From contig CABXTO010000001.1 in assembly GCA_902515195.1 (NCBI GenBank), forward strand, positions 1 through 45,850: DNA of 45,850 bases, in the 5' to 3' direction. A model generated the notes under the pieces. That model did no database searches. It saw nothing but the letters and a program-made list of their open reading frames with translations, and was not told where the DNA came from. The translations under genes were made by a program, and so were the position numbers. The DNA is from an uncultured Pelagibacteraceae bacterium (GTDB taxonomy: Bacteria > Pseudomonadota > Alphaproteobacteria > Pelagibacterales > Pelagibacteraceae). This document shows, in pieces, positions 11,065 to 21,405 of this stretch; within the stretch, counting starts at the first letter, position 1, and every line of letters starts with the position of its first letter.

Positions 11065-11388
11065 ATGATGAATGCTACAAAAAAATGGATCTTCTTGAAG
11101 ATTAGTGGAGCAACATTGGCACCTTTGATGTTGTGGTTTATTATAAATTTAATTAATTTTTATGACCAAGGATACTCTGATGTTGTAAATTTTTTTTCTA
11201 CTTCATCATCTAAATTTTTATTCAGTATATTTATTATTAATGCATATTTTTTTTCAGCATTAAGTGTCAGCGAGGTTTTTGAAGATTATATAGCAAATGA
11301 TAAAATCAAAAATGTCGCAAATAAGGTTTTATACGCTTCTGCAGTGGTAATTCCACTAATTACAATTATATTAATATCTAAGTTATGA
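11065..11388 (+). CDS. sdhD: Succinate dehydrogenase membrane anchor SdhD (contains no His)
   Basis: Small protein with three hydrophobic segments and VFEDYI (quinone-site Asp-Tyr), between sdhC and sdhA. Confidence 0.9.
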   Translation: MMNATKKWIFLKISGATLAPLMLWFIINLINFYDQGYSDVVNFFSTSSSKFLFSIFIINAYFFSALSVSEVFEDYIANDKIKNVANKVLYASAVVIPLITIILISKL

Positions 11389-13161
11389 GTTCATATAAAA
11401 TAATTGATCACGAATATGATGTTGTTGTCTTAGGTGCTGGAGGCTCAGGTTTAAGAGCTGCAGTTGGTTTGAGTGAGGCTGGATTAAAAACTGCCTGTAT
11501 ATCAAAAGTATTTCCAACCAGAAGCCACACATCAGCAGCTCAAGGTGGTATTTCAGCTGCACTTGGTAATATGGGAGAAGATGATTGGCGATGGCATATG
11601 TATGATACTGTAAAAGGGGCTGATTGGCTGGGGGATCAAGATAGCATTGAATATCTTTGCAAAGAAGCACCAAAGGCAGTTATTGAACTAGAAAAATATG
11701 GTGTTCCTTTTAGTAGAACAGAAGACGGAAAAATTTATCAAAGACCATTTGGTGGTATGACAAAAAATTATGGAAATGGAATCGTTCAAAGAACCTGTGC
11801 GGCTGCTGATAGAACAGGACATGCAATTTTGCATACTTTATATGGCCAAGCCTTAAAACATAAAACAGAATTTTTTATAGAATATTTTGCGTTAGATTTA
11901 TTAATGAAAGATGGAGAGTGCAAAGGTTTAATAGCTTGGAACTTAAATGATGGAACTATTCACAGATTTAGAGCACACACAGTAATTATTGCAACAGGGG
12001 GTTATGGTAAAGTTTACTACTCAGCAACATCTGCGCATACTTGTACAGGAGATGGCAATGCAATGGTCTTGAGAGCTGGATTACCTTTACAAGATATGGA
12101 GTTTGTTCAATTTCATCCAACAGGAATATATGGACATGGCACTTTAATTACAGAAGGAGCGAGAGGTGAAGGAGGATATCTTACTAACTCCAAAGGTGAA
12201 AGATTTATGGAAAGATATGCCCCAAAGGCAAAAGATTTAGCATCTCGAGATGTTGTGAGTAGGTCAATGTCAATTGAAATCAATGAGGGAAGAGGTGTCG
12301 GTAAAGATCAAGATCATGTTCATTTAAACTTAAGTCATTTAGATAAAGAAATTATTGAAAGTAGATTGCCTGGTATAACTGATGCGGCGAGATTGTTTGC
12401 AAATGTAGATGTTACTAAAGAACCGATTCCTGTTGTACCAACAGTTCACTATAATATGGGGGGGTATCCCTACAAATTATAAGGGAGAAGTTTTAACGGT
12501 AAATGGCTCTGAAAAAACTGTAAATGGGTTAATGGCAATAGGAGAAGCGGCATGTGTTTCAGTTCATGGAGCAAATAGATTAGGATCTAATTCTTTAATT
12601 GATTTAGTGGTTTTTGGTAGAGCAGCAGCAAAAAGAGCTGCAGAATTAGTAAAACCTGGAACACCACATGAAGAAATTAGTGAGATCGAAACACAAAAAT
12701 GTATTGATAGATTTGATAAAATTAGAAATGCAGAGGGAGATACTGGAACAGCAGAATTAAGATTGGCAATGCAAAAAACGATGCAATCTAAATGCGCTGT
12801 TTTTAGAACAGAAAAAACTCTTAAAGAGGGAGTTGATGAAATAAGAAAAACATATGATGGTTTAAACTCATTATCAGTTAAAGATAAATCGTTAATTTTT
12901 AACACTGATTTGGTAGAAACTTTAGAGTTTGATAATTTGATTAGACAAGCAGTGGTAACTGTAGACTCTGCATATAACAGAAAAGAAAGCAGAGGGGCAC
13001 ACGCTAGAGAGGACTATCCAAAAAGAGATGATCAAAAATTTATGCAGCATACTCTTGCTTGGTGTGATGGAAAAGAGACTAAAATAAGCTACAGGGAAGT
13101 TCATAAATCTACACTTACAAATGATGTTCAGTATTTTCCACCTCAAGAAAGAGTTTATTAA
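11385..13161 (+). CDS. sdhA: Succinate dehydrogenase flavoprotein subunit, split by a +1 frameshift in G7 at 12458-12464
   Basis: [28 protein letters not shown] in ORF 11385-12482, continuing as GGIPTN...[11 protein letters not shown]...ESRGAHAR in ORF 12409-13161. Removing one G restores MGGIPTN. Confidence 0.95.
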
Positions 13162-13940
13162 TGGTTCAAATAAATTTACCTGAAAATTCTCAAGTAAAAA
13201 AAGGTAAATATTTTGAAGATAAAACTGGTTCTAAAAATTTAAGAAAAGTTAATGTTTATAGATGGGATCCCTCAACAGGAGAAAATCCAAGAATAGACAC
13301 ATATGAAGTTGATATGGATAATTGTCCTTCCAAAGTTTTAGATATTTTAAATAAAATAAAGAATGAAATTGACCCAACTATCGCTTACAGAAGATCTTGT
13401 GCTCATGGGGTTTGTGGCTCATGTGCAATGAATATGGGGGGTAAAAATGGTTTGGCCTGTACAACACCTCATGCTGAAATTGACGGTGATATAGACATTT
13501 ATCCATTACCTCATTTGAAAGTTAAAAAAGATTTAATAGGAGATTTAGATGGATTGTATAAACAATATCAATCTATTGAACCTTGGTTAAAATCAAAATC
13601 AGAGTCCAAAACACAGGAAATCATTCAATCAAAAGAAGATCGAGCAAAGTTAGATGGAGCATATGAGTGTATTATGTGTGCATGTTGCTCTACATCTTGC
13701 CCAAGTTATTGGTGGAATGGTGATAAATATTTAGGACCAGCTGTTTTACTCCAAGCGTATAGATGGATTGTTGATAGTAGAGATGAGGAAAGACAAGCAA
13801 GATTGAAAAAGGTTGCAGATGAATTAAAATTATATCGATGTCATACTATCTTAAACTGTACAAGTGCATGTCCAAAAGGTTTAAACCCAGCAAAAGCTAT
13901 TGCCGAAATAAAAAAAATGTTAGCAACCGCTAACATTTAA
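13161..13940 (+). CDS. sdhB: Succinate dehydrogenase iron-sulfur subunit
   Basis: [44 protein letters not shown]. Confidence 0.98.
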   Translation: MVQINLPENSQVKKGKYFEDKTGSKNLRKVNVYRWDPSTGENPRIDTYEVDMDNCPSKVLDILNKIKNEIDPTIAYRRSCAHGVCGSCAMNMGGKNGLACTTPHAEIDGDIDIYPLPHLKVKKDLIGDLDGLYKQYQSIEPWLKSKSESKTQEIIQSKEDRAKLDGAYECIMCACCSTSCPSYWWNGDKYLGPAVLLQAYRWIVDSRDEERQARLKKVADELKLYRCHTILNCTSACPKGLNPAKAIAEIKKMLATANI

Positions 13941-13982
13941 ACAATAGACTAACAAGAGTTTTTAATCTAAAAGATCGTATTC

Positions 13983-15476
13983 ATGAAATTAATTGAACAT
14001 TTTGTAGGTGGTAAAATAATTCCTGGCAAATCAGATAAAAAAGGAAAAGTTTTTAACCCAGCAACTGGTGAACAAGAAAAAGAAGTTAGATTAGCTTTTA
14101 AAGAAGATCTAGATCAAGCTGTTGCAGTAGCAAAAAATGCTTTTGAAGAATGGTCATTAAAACCATCACTTGTTAGAGCAAGGGTTATGTTCAAATTCAA
14201 AGAATTGATAGAAAAAAATTCAGATGAGCTTACAAAGTTAATAGTTTCGGAGCATGGAAAAGTTTATGAAGATGCTAAAGGCTCTTTAACAAGAGGTTTA
14301 GAAGTTGTTGAATTTGCTTGTGGAATTCCTCACTTACTTAAAGGTGAATTTTCAGAAAATGTTGGGACTAATGTTGATAGTTGGTCAATGCGTCAACCTT
14401 TAGGAGTTGTGGCGGGTATTACACCTTTTAATTTTCCTGCAATGGTACCAATGTGGATGTTTCCTATAGCAATTGCATGTGGAAATACTTTCATATTAAA
14501 ACCTTCTGAAAAGGATCCATCATGTGCAATCAAATTAGCTGAATTGTTAAAAGAAGCTGGTCTACCAGATGGAGTTTTTAATGTTGTTAATGGAGATAAA
14601 GAGGTTGTAGATGCAATTTTGGTTAACAAAGATATTAAGGCGGTTAGTTTTGTCGGCTCAACACCAATAGCAAAATATATTTATGAGAACTCTGCAAAAA
14701 ATGAAAAAAGAGTTCAGGCACTAGGGGGTGCAAAAAATCATTTAGTTGTTATGCCAGATTGTGATTTAGAAGGTGCAGTAAATGGTTTAATGGGAGCCGC
14801 ATATGGATCGGCAGGTGAAAGATGTATGGCTCAATCTGTTGCTGTAGCTGTTGGAGATATAGGTGATGAGCTAGTGTCAAGATTATCAAAAAAAGCAGAG
14901 GCTTTAAAAGTTGGTCCAGGAATGGATAAAAGTTCTGAAATGGGACCCTTAGTCACCAAAGAACACTTAGAAAAAGTAAAAGGATATGTAGATTTAGGAG
15001 TAAAAGAAGGTGCTAAGCTAGTTGTAGATGGTAGGAATTTAAAATTACAAGGTTATGAAAACGGTTTTTATATTGGTGGCTGTTTATTTGATCATGTAAA
15101 AAAAGAAATGAGAATATATAAAGAAGAGATATTTGGACCAGTTTTGTCTGTAGTAAGAGTTAAAACTTTTGAAGAAGCTGCAAAACTTATTAATGATCAT
15201 GAATATGGAAATGGGGTTAGTATTTACACCAGAGATGGTGATGCGGGAAGAACCTTTGCAAGCAAAATACAGGTTGGTATGGTTGGTATTAATGTTCCTA
15301 TTCCAGTTCCAATGGCCTTTCATAGTTTTGGTGGTTGGAAAAGATCTTTATTTGGTGATAGCGCAATGCATGGTATGGAGGGTATAAAATTTTATACAAA
15401 ACTTAAAACAATAACATCAAGATGGCCTTCTGGAATTAGATCAAATGCTGAGTTCATAATGCCAACAATGAAATAA
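13983..15476 (+). CDS. mmsA: CoA-acylating (methyl)malonate-semialdehyde dehydrogenase
   Basis: ITPFNFPAMVP, KPSEKDP, FVGSTPIA, GGAKNH, AGERCMA, GINVPIPVP are MmsA/IolA/DddC-subfamily ALDH signatures. Confidence 0.92.
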   Translation: MKLIEHFVGGKIIPGKSDKKGKVFNPATGEQEKEVRLAFKEDLDQAVAVAKNAFEEWSLKPSLVRARVMFKFKELIEKNSDELTKLIVSEHGKVYEDAKGSLTRGLEVVEFACGIPHLLKGEFSENVGTNVDSWSMRQPLGVVAGITPFNFPAMVPMWMFPIAIACGNTFILKPSEKDPSCAIKLAELLKEAGLPDGVFNVVNGDKEVVDAILVNKDIKAVSFVGSTPIAKYIYENSAKNEKRVQALGGAKNHLVVMPDCDLEGAVNGLMGAAYGSAGERCMAQSVAVAVGDIGDELVSRLSKKAEALKVGPGMDKSSEMGPLVTKEHLEKVKGYVDLGVKEGAKLVVDGRNLKLQGYENGFYIGGCLFDHVKKEMRIYKEEIFGPVLSVVRVKTFEEAAKLINDHEYGNGVSIYTRDGDAGRTFASKIQVGMVGINVPIPVPMAFHSFGGWKRSLFGDSAMHGMEGIKFYTKLKTITSRWPSGIRSNAEFIMPTMK

Positions 15477-15488
15477 TGAGAAACATTA

Positions 15489-16454
15489 ATGAGTAAAATA
15501 TCTTTAATTGGTGCTGGTCAAATAGGTGGAACACTTGCCCACCTAATTGGAACAAAAGAACTAGTAAATGAAGTTGTTCTTTTTGATGTTGCAAGTGGAA
15601 TAGCTAAAGGTAAAGCTCTTGATATTGCTCAATCTTCATCTGTAGATGGTTTTAATGTAAAATTTTCAGGTACTGATGATTATAAAGATATCAAGGACTC
15701 AGATGTAATCATTATTACAGCTGGTGTTCCAAGGAAACCTGGAATGAGTAGAGATGATCTGCTTGGAATAAATTTAAAAATTATCAAGCAGGTTGCTGAA
15801 GGTATTAAAAAGAATGCTCCAAATGCTTTTGTGATTTGTATTACAAATCCTTTGGATGTCATGGTTATGGCTTTTCAAAAATTTTCAGGATTATCTGCAA
15901 ATAAAGTAGTTGGTATGGCTGGAATTTTGGATAGTTCAAGATTTAAATTATTTTTATCTTTAGAGCTCAATGTTCCTGTAAAAGAAATTGATGCAATGGT
16001 GATGGGTGGTCATGGAGATACCATGGTACCAATGCCTAGATTTACTAAAGTTTCAGGAAAACCTCTACTTGATTTAGTAAAAGAAGGAAAAATTTCTCAA
16101 GAAAGATTAGAGGAAATTAATCAAAGGACTAGAGATGGTGGCGCTGAGATAGTTAAATATTTAGAAAAAGGATCTGCATTTTATGCACCTGCAGCATCAG
16201 GGGTTCAAATGGCGGAAGCTTATTTAAATGATGAAAAAAAATTATTACCATGCGCTGTACAGTTAAATGGAGAATATAAAGTTAATAATGTATATGCTGG
16301 TGTTCCAGTAATTATTGGAAAAAATGGTGTTGAAAAAATAGAACAAATTGAATTGGATGAAAAAGAAAAAAAAGAGTTTATGCATTCTATTGATGCAGTA
16401 AAAGCTTTATGGGAAGCGGCATCAAAAATAGATCCTGATCTTTCTAAGAAATAA
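15489..16454 (+). CDS. mdh: Malate dehydrogenase (LDH-like)
   Basis: [41 protein letters not shown]; precedes sucC. Confidence 0.97.
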   Translation: MSKISLIGAGQIGGTLAHLIGTKELVNEVVLFDVASGIAKGKALDIAQSSSVDGFNVKFSGTDDYKDIKDSDVIIITAGVPRKPGMSRDDLLGINLKIIKQVAEGIKKNAPNAFVICITNPLDVMVMAFQKFSGLSANKVVGMAGILDSSRFKLFLSLELNVPVKEIDAMVMGGHGDTMVPMPRFTKVSGKPLLDLVKEGKISQERLEEINQRTRDGGAEIVKYLEKGSAFYAPAASGVQMAEAYLNDEKKLLPCAVQLNGEYKVNNVYAGVPVIIGKNGVEKIEQIELDEKEKKEFMHSIDAVKALWEAASKIDPDLSKK

Positions 16455-17614
16455 TGAACATTCACGAACATCAAGCAAAACAAATATTAAAAAAATATGG
16501 AGCAATTGTGCCTGAGGGGGTGTTTGCTCTTTCTGTTGATGAATTAGTAAAAAAAGCAAAATCATTAAATACACAAAAATATGTTTTAAAAGCTCAAATT
16601 CATGCTGGTGGAAGAGGTAAAGCAGGTGGTGTAAAAATTTTAGACACTATTGATGAATTAAGTAAAGCTGCAAAAGAGTTAATGGGAAAAACCTTAGTAA
16701 CTCACCAAACAGGACCAGAAGGCAGGGAAGTAAAAAGATTATATGTTGAAGTATCTTCAAGTATAGAAAAAGAATTTTATCTCTCTTGTTTAGTAGATAG
16801 AGCTAGCTCTAAAATTGCTTTCATATCTAGTGATCAAGGTGGAATGGATATTGAAGAAGTAGCTAGCAAAACTCCTGATAAAATTATTACAACAAAAGTT
16901 GATATAAAAAATGAAATTTCAGAAAAAGATTGTCTAAAAATAATTAAGATTTTCAATCTGAATGATAACGCAAAATCACAAGCAGTATCTTTAATAAAAT
17001 CAATTTATAAGATGTTTATAAACACAGATGCAAACATGGTCGAGATTAATCCATTAATTTTAACAAAAGAGAAAAAAATAATTTGTTTGGATGCAAAAGT
17101 AAATTTTGACTCTAATGCTTTATTTAGACATCCAGAAATTGTTGAATTAAGAGATTTAAATGAAGAAGACTCAACAGAAATAGAAGCTAGCAAACACGAT
17201 TTAGCTTATATCAAATTAGACGGAAGTATTGGTTGTATGGTTAATGGAGCAGATTTAGCCATGGCAACTATGGATATAATTAAGCTGTATGGAAAAGAAC
17301 CAGCTAACTTTTTAGATGTAGGAGGAGGCGCTTCAAAAGAAAAAGTTTCTGCAGCTTTAAAAATTATTCTATCAGATAAAAATGTTAAAGGAATTTTGAT
17401 TAATATTTTTGGGGGTATAATGAGATGTGATGTACTTGCTCAAGGAGTAGTAGACGCAGCTAAGGAAATGAATATTAGTGTACCACTAGTTGTTAGACTC
17501 GCTGGTACAAATTTTAAAGAGGGAAAAAAGATATTAGATAATTCTGGATTAAAATTAATTTCTGCTGAAAATTTAGATGATGCAGCTAAAAAGATTGTTG
17601 GGGCAATAAAATAA
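16454..17614 (+). CDS. sucC: Succinyl-CoA synthetase beta subunit
   Basis: [50 protein letters not shown]. The conserved NGAGLAM motif reads NGADLAM. Confidence 0.97.
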   Translation: MNIHEHQAKQILKKYGAIVPEGVFALSVDELVKKAKSLNTQKYVLKAQIHAGGRGKAGGVKILDTIDELSKAAKELMGKTLVTHQTGPEGREVKRLYVEVSSSIEKEFYLSCLVDRASSKIAFISSDQGGMDIEEVASKTPDKIITTKVDIKNEISEKDCLKIIKIFNLNDNAKSQAVSLIKSIYKMFINTDANMVEINPLILTKEKKIICLDAKVNFDSNALFRHPEIVELRDLNEEDSTEIEASKHDLAYIKLDGSIGCMVNGADLAMATMDIIKLYGKEPANFLDVGGGASKEKVSAALKIILSDKNVKGILINIFGGIMRCDVLAQGVVDAAKEMNISVPLVVRLAGTNFKEGKKILDNSGLKLISAENLDDAAKKIVGAIK

Positions 17615-17615
17615 A

Positions 17616-18492
17616 ATGTCTGTATTAGTTAACAAAAATACAAAAGTTATTTGCCAAGGCTTTACTGGATCACATGGTACTTTTCATTCAGAGCAAGCAA
17701 TTAAATATGGAACAAATTTAGTTGGTGGAGTTACACCAAAAAAAAGGGGGTCAAAAACATCTAGATAGACCAGTTTTTAATAGTGTTGTTGAAGCCAAAA
17801 ATGAAGTTGGTGCAGATGCAACAATGATTTATGTTCCAGCTAAATTTGCTGCAGCTGCAATTATAGAAGCAATAGATGCGTCTATTGAATTAATAGTTTG
17901 TATTACAGAAGGTATCCCTGTTCAGGATATGCTCAGAGTTAGACAAAAGTTAAATGGATCAAAAAGTAGATTAATAGGTCCAAACTGCCCAGGAATAATT
18001 ACCCCCGATGAATGTAAGATCGGTATAATGCCAGGAAATATTCATAAACGTGGCTCAGTTGGAATAGTTTCTAGATCTGGAACATTAACGTATGAAGCTG
18101 TTGCTCAAACTACAGAAAATGGTCTAGGTCAATCAACATGTATAGGAATAGGGGGAGATCCAATAAACGGAACTAATTTTATTGACTGTTTAGATCTATT
18201 TCTAAATGACGAGGAAACAAAATCTATTTTAATGATTGGAGAAATAGGAGGTACAGCTGAAGAAGAAGCTGCAGAATTTGTAAAAAATAATAAAATCAAA
18301 AAACCTATAGTAGGATTTATTGCAGGAATAACTGCCCCTCCAGGTCGAAGAATGGGACATGCTGGAGCAATAATTTCAGGTGGGAAAGGTGGAGCTAAAG
18401 ATAAGATAAAAAAAATGGAAGATTCCGGAATAACTATGGCTAACTCACCATCTAAAATTGGAAAAACCTTATTCGATAAATTGTCTAATTGA
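17616..18492 (+). CDS. sucD: Succinyl-CoA synthetase alpha subunit, split by a +1 frameshift in A8 at 17738-17745
   Basis: ATG 17616 gives [43 protein letters not shown], then shifts into the listed ORF (GGQKHL...GPNCPG...SRSGTLTYE...MGHAGA). Confidence 0.95.
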
Positions 18493-18525
18493 AAAAATTT
18501 CTTCTAAGTTTATATTAGTATAATA

Positions 18526-21399
18526 ATGTCTCCTACTAAAAATCTTGAATTTCAAAAAACAGCTTTTTTAACAAAATCGAATAGTGCTTTCATAGAGGAA
18601 ATGTACATGAAATTTGTAAATAATGACCCAACTTTGCCGGATAGTTGGAAAAGATATTTTAATGAAATTGGAGATGAAATAGATGTAATTGTTAAAGAAA
18701 TTAATGGCCCATCATGGAGCCCATCCAAAAAATTTTCAATTAACAAAACCAAAAAACAAAAAGAAAATAACAGTCAAATGAGTGAATTAGAATTGATGAA
18801 ATCTAATGCAAATTCAATAAAAGCTGTTGCAATGATTAGATCTTACAGACAGCGAGGGCATCTAATAGCTAAATTAGATCCTTTAGGATTGCTCAAGTCT
18901 GAATATCTAGATGAGCTTCATCCTGAGTCGTATGGATTTAAAAAAGAAGATTACCAAAAAAAAATTTTTTTAGATGGTGTAACTAATAAACAGCATTCAA
19001 ATATTTCAGAAATTTTAAATTTTTTAAGAGAAAAATATTGTGGTCCTTTAGGTTATGAATATATGCACATTTCAAATCCCACTGAAAGAAAGTGGTTTAG
19101 AGATAGAGTTGAAAAGACGGATGATTTTAAATTCACACAAAATGGAAAAGAAGCAATTCTTAATAAATTAATTCAAGCTGAAGGTTTTGAAAAATTCTTA
19201 CATACAAAATATGTAGGAACAAAAAGATTTGGTCTTGATGGTGGTGAAAGTTTAATCCCAGCTCTTGAACAAATAATTAAAATAGGTGGTCAATCTCAAG
19301 TGAAAGAAGTTAAAATAGGAATGTCTCATAGAGGAAGGCTAAATGTTTTAGCAAATGTACTTCAAAAGTCTTATAAAAGGATATTCAATGAATTTGCTGG
19401 AGAAATTGATTCTTCAGAGGAAGATAGTGCAGGGGATGTAAAATATCATTTAGGTGCATCATCTAATAGAGAATTCGATGGAAACTCAGTGCATGTAAGT
19501 TTGACTGATAATCCATCACATTTGGAAGCTGTAAATCCTGTAGTACTGGGGCAAACAAGAGCAAAACAATTTTTTCATAAAGATAAAGAAAGAAAAAAAG
19601 TTATCCCAATTTTAATTCATGGGGATGCAGCTTTTGCTGGACAGGGAGTAGTTGCAGAGTGTTTTGCAATGTCAGGTCTACCTGGTCACAATACAGGTGG
19701 AACTATTCACATTATTATTAATAATCAAATAGGTTTTACTACAAGCCCAAGGTTTGCTAGATCATCACCCTATCCTTCAGATGTTGCAAAAATGGTTGAG
19801 GCTCCGATTATTCATGTTAACGGAGATGATCCAGAAGCGGTAGTTTATGGTGCACGGATAGCAACTGATTTTAGATTAAAATTTAATAGAGACGTAGTGA
19901 TTGATTTGATTTGTTATAGAAGATTTGGTCACAATGAGGGTGACGAACCTTCATTTACTCAACCACTTATGTATAAAAAAATACGATCACATCCATCACC
20001 TGTAAAAGTTTATGGTGAAAAATTAGTTAATAATGGGTCAATTTCTAATGATTATTTAAGTAGTTCAATTAAAAATTTTAAAGATCTATTAAATGAACAA
20101 TTTGAAAATGCTAAAGATTATAAACCAAAAATTGAGTGGTTTGAGGGGACTTGGTCTAGATATAAACCAGAAAAAGGCAAGGATAAAAGAGGAGTAACAG
20201 GATCAAATATAAAAAAATTACAAGATATATCGAATAAAATAAATACAATTCCAAAAGAATTAAATCTTCATAAAACGATTATAAAAATTTTAGATAATAG
20301 AAAAATGACTGTAAAAAAAGGATTAAACATAGATTGGTCAACAGCGGAAGCTTTAGCTTTTGGCTCCTTATTAGAGGAAGGATATCCTGTGAGATTAGTA
20401 GGCCAAGATTCAGGGAGAGGTACATTTAGTCAAAGACATTCTGTTTTACGAAATCAATCAGATAATTCGAGATATATACCACTTAATAATATTTCTAAAA
20501 AACAAAAACAATTTGAGGTAGTAGACAGTTTTTTATCTGAATTAGCCGTTTTAGGTTTTGAATATGGATATAGTTTAGTTGAGCCAAACACATTAACTTT
20601 GTGGGAAGCACAATTCGGAGATTTTGCTAATGGAGCTCAAGTTGTAATTGATCAATTCATAGCTTCTGGAGAAAGAAAATGGTCTAGAGCATCTGGTTTA
20701 GTTATGTTGTTACCTCATGGCTACGAAGGTCAAGGACCAGAGCATTCATCTGCAAGATTGGAGAGATTTTTGCAATTATGTTCAAATGACAATATGCAAG
20801 TAATGAATTGTACTACTCCTGCTAATTATTTTCACGCTTTGAGAAGACAGATGCATAGAGACTTTAGAAAGCCCTTAATAATTATGACACCTAAATCATT
20901 ACTTAGACACAAACAGTGTGTTTCCAATATTAACGACTTTAGTAAAGAGAATTCATTCCATAGAGTTATGTGGGATCATGCAATAGACCCAAAGATTGAA
21001 GGGTTAATAAAATTAAAAAAATCAAACAAAATTAAAAAAGTGATTCTTTGTTCAGGTAAAATTTATTTTGATTTAATAGAGTCTCGGGAAAAATTAAAAA
21101 GAGATGATATTGTTTTTTATAGAATTGAACAACTATACCCGTTTCCTGCAAAAGCTTTAGCTAAAGAATTAAGACCATATGCAAAAAATGCTAAGTTTTA
21201 TTGGTGTCAGGAAGAACCAAAAAATATGGGAGCATGGTTTTCTGTAAGAGATTATATCCAATGGACATTAGATAATATAAAGGCTAATAATAATCAAGTT
21301 TCTTATATTGGAAGAAGCCCCGATGCATCTCCAGCTACAGGATACGCAAAATGGCATATTTCTCAACAACAAGAAATTATAATGAAAGTTTTTGAATAA
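18526..21399 (+). CDS. sucA: 2-oxoglutarate dehydrogenase E1
   Basis: KRFGLDGGE, GMSHRGRLN, GDVKYHLG, HGDAAFAGQG, WEAQFGDF, LPHGYEGQGPEHSSAR. Confidence 0.98.
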   Translation: MSPTKNLEFQKTAFLTKSNSAFIEEMYMKFVNNDPTLPDSWKRYFNEIGDEIDVIVKEINGPSWSPSKKFSINKTKKQKENNSQMSELELMKSNANSIKAVAMIRSYRQRGHLIAKLDPLGLLKSEYLDELHPESYGFKKEDYQKKIFLDGVTNKQHSNISEILNFLREKYCGPLGYEYMHISNPTERKWFRDRVEKTDDFKFTQNGKEAILNKLIQAEGFEKFLHTKYVGTKRFGLDGGESLIPALEQIIKIGGQSQVKEVKIGMSHRGRLNVLANVLQKSYKRIFNEFAGEIDSSEEDSAGDVKYHLGASSNREFDGNSVHVSLTDNPSHLEAVNPVVLGQTRAKQFFHKDKERKKVIPILIHGDAAFAGQGVVAECFAMSGLPGHNTGGTIHIIINNQIGFTTSPRFARSSPYPSDVAKMVEAPIIHVNGDDPEAVVYGARIATDFRLKFNRDVVIDLICYRRFGHNEGDEPSFTQPLMYKKIRSHPSPVKVYGEKLVNNGSISNDYLSSSIKNFKDLLNEQFENAKDYKPKIEWFEGTWSRYKPEKGKDKRGVTGSNIKKLQDISNKINTIPKELNLHKTIIKILDNRKMTVKKGLNIDWSTAEALAFGSLLEEGYPVRLVGQDSGRGTFSQRHSVLRNQSDNSRYIPLNNISKKQKQFEVVDSFLSELAVLGFEYGYSLVEPNTLTLWEAQFGDFANGAQVVIDQFIASGERKWSRASGLVMLLPHGYEGQGPEHSSARLERFLQLCSNDNMQVMNCTTPANYFHALRRQMHRDFRKPLIIMTPKSLLRHKQCVSNINDFSKENSFHRVMWDHAIDPKIEGLIKLKKSNKIKKVILCSGKIYFDLIESREKLKRDDIVFYRIEQLYPFPAKALAKELRPYAKNAKFYWCQEEPKNMGAWFSVRDYIQWTLDNIKANNNQVSYIGRSPDASPATGYAKWHISQQQEIIMKVFE

Positions 21400-21405
21400 T
21401 AAAAA

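Noticed and set aside
11385-18492. Calling sdhA and sucD pseudogenes or programmed frameshift genes
   Set aside because: Single homopolymer insertions in otherwise intact core genes; error is more parsimonious, and the required shift is not the classic -1.
21340-21360. Trp in the SucA C-terminal GYAKWH segment
   Set aside because: The position is variable among homologues as far as I recall; no support for significance.
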